Source of the DNA: Octopus vulgaris
Lineage: Eukaryota
DNA length: 64,000 nucleotides
Assembly: GCA_951406725.2 (NCBI GenBank)
Contig: OX597815.1
Location: 84,258,001 to 84,322,000, forward strand
Direction of reading: 5' to 3'
The notes under the pieces are model-generated. The model ran no database searches. It had not been told where the DNA came from and was given only the letters and a program-made list of their open reading frames with translations. Position numbers and translations under genes: made by a program. Shown here one piece after another: positions 53,846-64,000 of this stretch (positions are counted from its first letter, which is position 1; every line of letters starts with the position of its first letter).

Positions 53846-53879
<34 letters not shown>

Positions 53880-54008
53880 TTATATATGTATGTATGTATA
53901 AATATAATATATATATATATATACTTACATAAATGCATGTATATATATGCATAATAAACTAACGAATATATATATATATATAATATATATATATATATGT
54001 ATGTATAA

Positions 54009-54086
<78 letters not shown>

Positions 54087-54405
54087 AATGTATGTATATG
54101 TGTGTGGGTATGGGGTATGTGTGTGCCTGTGTCTGCGTGTAATCCTAAGTAAATATAGTTATATTTTATAGCTAAACCATTATGAAATCGCTCCTTTCCA
54201 AATTTCTTGACAAATTAAGTAAAGACGCATCTTGTGTTTTTTATTTGTGTTTGCATACCCTCCAACGAGTTACAAACATTGTTAGTTTGTATACATCCCC
54301 GCAAGTTTGCGTTTCAGAAAAAGAGAGAGCTATAGAATAAAGTACCAGGCTTTAAAATATAAGTTCTGGGGAGCAATTTGCTTGAGTGATATTTTCAGTG
54401 TTGTT

Positions 54406-55135
54406 AGGCGGCGAGCTGGCAGAAACGTTAGCACGCCGAGCGAAATGCTTAGCGGCAGGGGTCGATAAATTAAGTACCAGTTACGCACTGGGGTCGATGT
54501 AATCGACTTAATACCTATGTCTGTCCTTGTTTGTCCCCTCTGTGTTTAGCCTCTTGTGGGTAATAAAGAAATAGGTATTTTGTCTGCCGCTACGTTCTGA
54601 GTTCAAATTCCGCCGAGGTCGACTTTGCCTTTCATCCTTTCGGGGTCGATTAAATACGTACCAGTTACTCACTGGGGTCGATATAATCGACTTAATCCGT
54701 TTGTCTGTCTTTGTTTGTCCTCTCTGTGTTTAGCCCCTTATGGGTAGTAAAGAAATACGTATTTGTCTGTCATTACGTTCTGAGTTCAAATTCCGCCGAG
54801 GTTGACTTTGCCTTTCGTCTTTCGGGGACGATTAAATAAGTACCAGTTACTCACTAGGGTCGATGTAATCGACTTAATCCCTTTGTCTGTCCTTGTTTGT
54901 CCCCTCTGGATTTAGCCTCTTGTGGGCAATTAAGAAGTAAGAAACCTTAGCACGCCGGGCGAAATGCTTAGCAGTATTTCGTTCGTCATTACGTTCTGAG
55001 TTCAAATTCCACCGAGGTCGACTTTGCCTTTCAACCTTTCGATGTCGATAAATTAAGTACCAGCTGCGAACTGGGGTCGATCTGATTGACTGGCCCCTTC
55101 TCCAAAATTTCGAGACCTGTGCCTAGAGTAGAAAA
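54406..55135 (+). mobile_element. Tandem multimer of SINE family A
   Basis: One head (54406-54455), then repeated bodies restarting at ~54576, ~54760 and ~54975 (TACGTTCTGAGTTCAAATTCC.CCGAGGT). Confidence 0.85.
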
Positions 55136-55388
55136 TATTTTGAATCTTGTGCCCCATCAAGGCTGCAGTGGAAAGACTGAAACAAGTAAATGACTGTGTG
55201 GTGGTGGTGGGGGGGGTATATGTGTGCATGTGCGTGTGAGTGTCTGTGTGTGCGTTTGTGTGTGTTCATGTATGTAAATAAAATTAAGTGAAGAAAGATG
55301 TACTATACCTACAATTTTGTGTACACAAATATTCATTTAAACACATATATGTGTATAAGTGTATATAAGTGTGTTTGTGTGTGTCCGT

Positions 55389-55442
<54 letters not shown>

Positions 55443-55620
55443 GTGTGTGTGTGTGTGTGTGCTTAGGATAAAGTACAAAAATGCAGGTTATCATAATTTG
55501 TTTCTTCATTCACTATCTACGTTTCAGTGTTGTGTTCTTTTGGAACCCTACGTTGGTTATTCCAAGGGCAGTCGGATATGTACCACAGAGGTTCATCAGG
55601 CAATAATATATTGCAGATAT

Positions 55621-55795
55621 AAGGCAGCAAGCTGGCAGAAACTTTAACACGCCGGGCGAAATGCTTTGCGGTATTTCGTCTGTCTTTACGTTCTGAGTTT
55701 AAAATCTACCGAGGTCGACTTTGCATTTCAACCTTTCGGGGTCGATAAATTTGCGGGCTTTGTGTCTAGAGTTGCGGGCTTTGTGTCTAGAGAAG
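55621..55795 (+). mobile_element. SINE family A
   Basis: GCTGGCAGAAAC...ACGCCGGGCGAAATGC...CCGAGGTCGACTTTGC; terminal 21-bp duplication TTGCGGGCTTTGTGTCTAGAG. Confidence 0.8.
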
Positions 55796-55834
55796 AAAAG
55801 AAAAAAATGCAGATATCCATCGTACCTATCTACA

Positions 55835-55927
<93 letters not shown>

Positions 55928-55984
55928 TACTGTTAATTATACACACACACATATATATATATATAATTTTGCATACATGGGTAT

Positions 55985-56450
55985 AGTAAACAGTAAACAA
56001 CAGTAAAGAAGATAAAATACGAAAACAAATGAGTTAAATACGCAAACAACGAGAGTTAAAATGGAAATCAGGACGAGTAACACAAAAAGGACCCTTCATC
56101 AGTTGTCAATGCACGAAATGAGGAGTAGATAGACAGCTCACAACTGAAGGGCCGTTTTTTGTGTTACTCGTCCTGTTGATATATAAAATATCTTGCGGAA
56201 CAGGCGTTATTTTAACGAGATACATCTTGTCGCCTACACCGACGGATACACCTAAACCTGATGTGCAGTATCCCGCCCCTGAAGAATCGATCCTAGATGG
56301 GTCGAAATTATTGTAGTGATCTATACATACTCTAGTATGTTCCATCTTCCGTCTCTCCCATTAATCAAATACCCAAGAAACACTAAGAAAATAAACGTGC
56401 TTTACCGGTAAACTATCAGGTCTATACCATACGATTTATTAACTAATAAT
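55985..56450. mobile_element. PLE-pLTR-like repeat with short inversion and degenerate hammerhead
   Basis: 56067-56106 is inverted at 56139-56176; CTGAAGA-ATCGATC cta GATGGGTC-GAAA at ~56279-56306. Confidence 0.45.
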
Positions 56451-56825
56451 ATAGATAGATATTATATTTACATTATATCATATTGTATTGTATATTATAT
56501 TTATATGTTTGTGCTTGTGTGTGTGTGTGTGTGTGAATAAGTATATGCACACATACAGACAGAAAGACGGACGGAGTCTCTATATGAATTAGCATTCCGT
56601 TACTCATAGTATCACGATGGATTTCAAAAAGTATCCATCATTGGTTTATATGGGATCATCGACGACGAATTTACTTATGAATCTATATGAATGATTTCCC
56701 GTCAACTGCCATTACTTTTGGTTTTCATAAGAATCACAAGGCTAGCAAGTCCCTGTTGACAGAAATGGGTTAGTTTCTTCAGGTTGAAAAATTAAAACTG
56801 AGACAGCAGAGTACTTATAAAATTT

Positions 56826-56860
<35 letters not shown>

Positions 56861-56862
56861 CG

Positions 56863-57088
56863 TGTCTGTGTGTCTGTGTTTTTTCCCACTCCCCTACGCC
56901 ATCATTTGACAACCAATGCTAGTGTGTTTATCTCCCCGTAACTTAGCGGTTCGGGAAAAAAATTGATAGAATAAGTACTTGGCGTACAGAAAATAAGTTC
57001 TAGGGTTGATGTCTTCGACTAAAACCCTTCAAGGCGGTGCTCCAGCATAGCCACAGTCAAAATGACTGAAACAGGTAAAAGTATAAAA
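56863..57088 (+). mobile_element. SINE family C, 3' half
   Basis: TTGACAACCAATGCT...CCCCGTAACTTAGCGGTTCGG...GGCGGTGCTCCAGCAT...AATGACTGAAACAGGTAAAAG. Confidence 0.8.
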
Positions 57089-57136
<48 letters not shown>

Positions 57137-57184
57137 TATATACATATATATACAGATAGTTATGTGTGTATATGTGCATATATA

Positions 57185-57215
<31 letters not shown>

Positions 57216-57246
57216 GTGTATGTATGTATGTATGAATGTATGAATG

Positions 57247-57344
<98 letters not shown>

Positions 57345-57355
57345 TGTGTATGTGT

Positions 57356-57710
57356 GGAGGCGCATGGCTCAGTGGTTAAAGTGTCGAGGTTACGATCGTG
57401 AGATTGTGAGCTCGAATCGTGGACCGGGCTGCGTGTGGTGTTCTTGAGCAAGACACTTTATTTCACGTTGCTCCAGTTCACTCAGCTGTAGAAATGAGTT
57501 GCGACGTCACAGGTGCCAAGCTGTATCGACCTTTGTCTTTCCCTTGGATAACACTGGTGGCGTGGAGAGGAGGCCGGTATGCATGGGCGACTACTGGTCT
57601 TCCATAAAAAAAAAACAAAAAAAAACAACCTTACCCAGACTTGTGCCTCAGAGGGTAACTCTCTAGGTGCAAACCCATGGTCACTCATGACCGAAGGGGG
57701 TCTTTACCCG
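57356..57710 (+). mobile_element. tRNA-derived SINE, family B, near full length
   Basis: TGGCTCAGTGG A box, GCTCGAATC B box, TGTTCTTGAGCAAGACACTT central motif; matches 12810-13103. Confidence 0.85.
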
Positions 57711-59029
57711 TTATGTGTATGTATGTGCATATATGTGTGCATGCGCTCGCGCGCACAGGTTTAGTACTTAAAGCACAGATAAACTGCGGCAGACGGAAAT
57801 TGTCCAGCACCGGTGATGAAACTGATAGATCATGTGATTTCAGCGTGAGTGTACATCATCAGTGGGTGGTATCTATTATCGCCCAATCTGCATATCTTGC
57901 TTCTCATATCTTGAAAGACATCCTCTATAAATATATATGCATATATGTGTGTGCGTGTGCTAATGTGTGTGTATTTGTGTGTTTATGTGTGTTATGTAAC
58001 ACACACTTATATTTGTGTAATTCTGATGTAATATATGAATGAATGTAAATATGTGAATATGAATGCTTACAGAAGAGATTGAAAGTTTCTTATAGATGCC
58101 GTCGGTTCTTCTTTTTTTCGTTCTTTTCGTTTCTCTCATATAACCAGCGCTTTCAATTTCGCTACGAGCAATTTATCTTAATTTCGGATGGGAATATCTT
58201 TCAATTGTGACAGAATATCGGTTTATAAAATATCTATATTTGCTGCTTTGTCTGTTCCCAGTTCATATATATAAATAATAATTCGCAAATAAGTACGTAT
58301 TTAGGATTATGAAAGAAATACATTAGAAATCATAGATAAGTCATAAATATATATCATGTATATAATGCATGTTGTATTCATCCGTAGTATTGCAGCCATA
58401 ACACAATACTCGACATATTTTATTGGAAGTTTATTTGTTTAATATCGCGATATAATACAATGGGTACATCTATTTCTTGATGCTTCATCATTGACTTCAT
58501 GACCAGAGAATTATTTTCACTGATATGCTCTACGTAAACTTCTTGTACAACTGTGGCCCTGTTTTTCTCTTTCTTTATAATACCAAAATGAGTATGTATA
58601 TCATTGTTGGAAGATTATTGAGAGAATGTTCAAATACATTTGCTGTTTTCACAGCGACAAGCTTCTCGATATTGTAACGTACCCGTGCTGTTTAATAATG
58701 TTGTATCTACATAACAATTACATTTCTGAAATTATTAGTTAATTCCGCAATAGCCTTTTCAGGGATTTGTTATTCTTTAGTTCATTTCTATGTTGCTGCC
58801 CTGAGACCATTCAACCTAAATCTGAGATTGGTTATATCAAATACTCGGAGAATACAGAATTATAAATATGTGCTAATTATATATAATAACACCAGTTACA
58901 TCTTTTCTTAATGTTTACCAGTTAGATCTATTTTATAACATCAAAAGGATGTTACATCTCAATATTCTAAAACAAAATTAACTATTCTCAAAAATATCAT
59001 CGGAAACATATTTACACTAGATTACTCTT

Positions 59030-59300
59030 CAACTCCATACTTGGTTGAGGTCCTCACTTCTTCCATATTTACTAAATTGAATCAGTCTTATATACTACCA
59101 CCCACAAACAACAGAAGTTTTCTACAAATGAATATATGTACTCCAGTTATTTCAAAACTAACCAATCATATAAATGCAGCTGTCTAACAAAAGAAACCAA
59201 ACATCTAAAGCTTAGATTAGTCTCATATATATGCCCTTTAAACAAAGTTATACCAGCAAAACCGCATGCTTCGAAATCAGGAAAGGAAAGGTACGACGTT
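59030..59300 (+). mobile_element. Possible very old PLE GIY-YIG remnant
   Basis: YKCSC..KETKHLKLRL resembles the YxCxC...GET.R.L..R pattern; heavily eroded. Confidence 0.3.
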
Positions 59301-60199
59301 CTCAAATTACATCTGGAAATTGAAAACTCGGAATAGACTCTGGGATCAAACATACACTGAGATGAGACACACACTCTGAGAACCTCTTTTTAGCTGAACG
59401 TTATCGTTATTCCTTCTCAAGGAAGTACACTTTAACAAACAATTTGAAAGGACCCTCTCTTATATACTATAAGACACTGAGCAACAATAAGCACTATAAT
59501 TCGATTCCTCACAACGAAATCTAACACATCTGTCGCAGATATATGCATTTCGCAAGATGGATAACCTGAGAGAGACTACAAACCTCAGACGTACTTCAAC
59601 ACTTCTCGAGGTTTAAGTATTCCCAAACCCCTTATCACATAATTGTTCTCCGTACACATTATACAGCCATAGCTTCTTTGAAATGTATCCTGATTTAGTA
59701 CATCCTATAATCCCCTCCGCAGGATAAGAATATATATTTTATCAACGGAAAGCTGAAGTACTTGATAGATTCAAAATATTGAGTTGGAAGCAAAATAAAA
59801 TTACCTTTGAAGCTTAGTTACCAAATAAAAAAAAATTAATACACGGTATTCTTTTAAATGTTAGAGATTTCACATTGTATATGGAAACCTTTTCTCACCA
59901 GCATACTCAAGAATACGTTTATATATAAATATATATAATATCTATATATAAAAGTGCCTATGTATGCATGTATGTATGCATATAGAAAGGGAGAGAGAGA
60001 AGGGGAAGAAAGAGTGAGCAAAATAGATAGAGAGACAGAATAAAATTGATATTTCTTAGTAAACAGACCAGGGAAAAGTAAGTCGAAATATAATGCACGG
60101 GTTCTCTTCGAAATATACCTTCTATGTATAAAGATGCACATGGAGTTCTAAATAGCCGTTATAATTTACACATATAAATGTATATATCTACATTTATAA

Positions 60200-60287
<88 letters not shown>

Positions 60288-60765
60288 TGAAAAAGAAGCA
60301 TATAAAAATACATGTATACATCAATATTTACTTATATATTTATGTATATATGTGTGCGCGTGTGTGTATAGACCCATATAAATTTGTGTTTATGTATGCG
60401 AATGTGATTGTATATGCATGTATATCTATGCAATTTTAGCGTGTGTAAAATGCGTTCGTATGTTTGAATTTTGCAGGCTGTGATATCGTTGACTATTAAT
60501 AGCAACACGTGTATGAATGCGTGCTATGCATGTGTGTGTGCGCATCCGTGTGTGAGTGTGTGTTGTGTGTGTGTGTTTGGGCGAGTATGTATGTGCTATT
60601 CTTCGAGATATAGATATATATGTATGTATATATATAAAAGTATGTGTATATATAAACATATATATATACATATATATATACATATATGTATATATGTATA
60701 TATAAATATGTGTATGTGGGGGGGGTGTCCATATGATGTTTGTATGTTTGTATATATAATGTATA

Positions 60766-60796
<31 letters not shown>

Positions 60797-61222
60797 TTAT
60801 ATAAGTATATATAGGTATATATATGTATATATATATGTATATATATATATAAACACATACATATATATATCTTCATCATATACCTGCAGCAATTACAATA
60901 CGAACTGAACTTATCTTAAGCTGTTTCCATGCATGCTAATTCATTTAACTTGGCGTTATGTTACTATCTTACTATAGATAACTACTGCATTTGCAGTTTT
61001 TCGCATGCGTAGATCTATGCAACTTTGCAGCATATATTCAAAGATTGCTATTTTGCTTCCATATTCCTGTCCTTCATTTCACTGCCATTCCATGAGCTTC
61101 TGTTAGTGTTTTCCTCCTTTTGATAAAGTTTTGTATTATCATTATCATTATCAATTTCATTATTATTTTTACTACTACCATTATAATTACTACTATTGTT
61201 ATTATCGTTGTTGTTGTTGTTG

Positions 61223-61276
<54 letters not shown>

Positions 61277-61725
61277 GAAGTAGTAGTAGTAGAAGAAGAA
61301 GAAGTTGTTGTTGTTGTGGCGGTAGTGATGGTGTTAGTAGTGTAGAAGGTGGTAGTATATAGCTATTTTTATATCTTTCTCTTGACGCCTATCTATCTTT
61401 TGATCTCGCGATCTTATTGCATATATTACAGTTTTCATATATTATTGATGTGTTGTATGATATATATGTATGTATGTGTATATGTGTGTGAATGCGTATA
61501 CTATGTGTATGTGTGTGTTTGTGCGTGTGCGTATTAGATATAAACATACATACGTATACGTATATATGCGTTTGTGCACGTGTGAATGTATATGTATGTG
61601 TATGAATACACACACCTATACATATACGTACAATACACTGATAGGTAGATAGTCTTATATATATGTGTGTGTATGTAAGTATGTATGTATAAGCATACAC
61701 ATCTATGTATAATCACATATACAGG

Positions 61726-61796
<71 letters not shown>

Positions 61797-62025
61797 CGGC
61801 ATAAATGCGTATGTATGTATGTGTATATGGGTGTATGAGGAAAATTAGCTGTCACTAATGGGAGGTATATATTTTCTGCATATATATCAGTATATGAACA
61901 TGGACATACATGTGTGTATTTATATATATATATATACATACATACATACATACATATACACACATATATATATATGCATTTATATACATCTATATATGTA
62001 TACATATATAGACACGCATATATAT

Positions 62026-62070
<45 letters not shown>

Positions 62071-62748
62071 TACATGTGTGTGTGTAATTTTATATCTGAA
62101 TGTGTATGTAAAGCTTTGACGCTTTTACGTAAAACTGCGTGCGTGTATGCGTGGGATGCGTGAATTCTTCTATGCGTGCGTGCATTTTTATGTGTGCGTG
62201 TGTGTGTGTGTGTGTGCGCGCGCGCAAGGTTGTTTAAGTCTAAATGATGGTCTGTGTATATAAGCATTCGCAAGCTGTTGTTTTTTTGTTTTTATTCTTT
62301 ACTTCTTTGGTGCACCCAATAGAATTGCTAAGAACGATATTTATCGATGCTTCATTAGCGGCTAAAGTAATCTACCATGAGAGTATAGCTCCATGCCAGT
62401 AAAAGCCGAGGATATTCAAATCATGCATACATGCATAGTCATATTCACCTTTCAGCACAAACACTCCATTACAAACTTGACAAGCAGGTTGCGTATGTTT
62501 ATACACACAGGCCATCTTTTAAACTTAAGCAACATTATTCACACACGCTCACGCATAAAAATCTACGCACACGTAGAAAAATTCACGCATCCCACGTACA
62601 CACACGCAATTTTATGTATCTTAATGTAATTATTTTTTTGGGGGGGTGGGTAAAGGCTGACAGAGACTTCGAAGTTTCGGTTCACTTCCCCATATGCGCA
62701 TTTATCTCCCTTTCTAAATATCTGTCTATATCCCTCAGCGTCTTGGTA

Positions 62749-62830
<82 letters not shown>

Positions 62831-62934
62831 GGATGGATGGATGGATTGATGGATGGATGGATGGATGGATAGATAGATAGATAGATGGATGGATGGATGG
62901 ATGGATGGTTGGATAGAAGGATACACAGATAGAT

Positions 62935-62995
<61 letters not shown>

Positions 62996-63086
62996 TGTAT
63001 GTGTGTATGTATGTATGTATGTGTGTATGTATGTATGTATGTATGTATGTATGTATGTATGTATGTATGTATGTATGTATGTATGT
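62749..63086. repeat. Compound tetranucleotide microsatellite (GATA)n(GATG)n(GATA)n(TATG)n
   Basis: Direct reading; similar tracts at 2122-2192, 9245-9318, 9916-9992 and 61727-61795. Confidence 0.95.
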
Positions 63087-63499
63087 ACGTGGTTAACTTA
63101 ACCCTTCAGTACGTTTCACGCTGCATTAATTATGTCCTGCCGACTTAAAATGTGTTCTGTAGATTTTGATTTTTAACTGATTTTAATAAACAAGATTTCA
63201 ACATAAAATTTACTGTTCAAAGATTTGCTTCTTTTTCATTTTTTTAGCACAGCAGGCGATAAAATTTCAAGAACACTGTAACATCTTTGATATATAAAAT
63301 AAGTTTACTTGCTGAATGACACAAATTTTGCAAGTCAGACCGTTTGAGCCGCCAGCTCCTTTGAAACCGCTGGTTTAAATGATTAGTCAATCCGAAATGA
63401 AAACGACCATAGCTGCTCTTGCTTTACAGAATATCAATTTACTTCTCATCCAAAACTGTCAGTTCATCTTTATTGTACGTGTTGCATAGTCCTGCAGAA

Positions 63500-63960
63500 G
63501 TCCAAACAACGGCTTGAAGATTAACAAAGCTTTCGTTATATGTCCGTCACTTAAAAACCAAATGTGGCCAGCCGGGATTTGATATTTTCTTCTAAGCCTT
63601 GCATCATGACTTCCCCAGCTACACTCTTCATAAGACAAGGACGTCATATCGAAGACATATCAAACTACTAAGTAAGTGTCACCAGATGACTTTAAGGAGT
63701 ATCTTAAATGTCATCAGGAAATCTTTTACACGAGGCATACAAGTGCCGGAAGAAGCAGGCTGTCTCACGGTATGGAAGAGCACTTCCTCAAGTATCATAT
63801 CTCATGTAGGCTGAACATATCATCCGGCATGATATTTTCAAACATCTGAAACAATAACTTGACAGTAATTACTTCTATGTGTGCGCCTCCATTAGACTCC
63901 AAAAACATGTTTCTTCACATTATAGAAGAGAACTTTAAGCTATAAAATTGGAAATATTTT
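63500..63960 (+). mobile_element. Degenerate RTE-clade LINE fragment (post-RT region)
   Basis: TSYRRHIKLLSKCHQMTLRSILNV...EEAGC resembles the RTE motif TLYRRHI..LERFHQRCLRSIL.I...LERAG. Confidence 0.65.
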
Positions 63961-64000
63961 GCAATAAACTGAAATGAATGACAGTCTGTAAGCAGTAGGA

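Overview
AT-rich, microsatellite-saturated animal genomic DNA; the SINE families and repeat style suggest an octopus/cephalopod (inference). No host protein-coding gene can be supported, and most of the ORF track is translated microsatellite. The window holds transposon relics: a DD37D (maT) transposase, CR1-, RTE- and R4/Dong-type LINE fragments (several stacked in (TAA)n), a decayed Penelope-like element (RT + GIY-YIG), three tRNA-type SINE families and several fold-back repeats. The standout is a young 4.7-kb insertion in (TA)n at 29861-34530: about 7.15 near-identical 556-560-bp tandem units plus 1.2 inverted units. Each unit carries a type I hammerhead ribozyme fold with a non-canonical core (UUGACAA, i.e. 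compensatory U3:A8 instead of C3:G8), the architecture expected of a retrozyme/Penelope-pLTR-like self-cleaving, possibly circular RNA. Other hammerhead-like motifs, some also U3:A8, lie in unrelated repeats. All structures were read by eye; no folding or database search was run.
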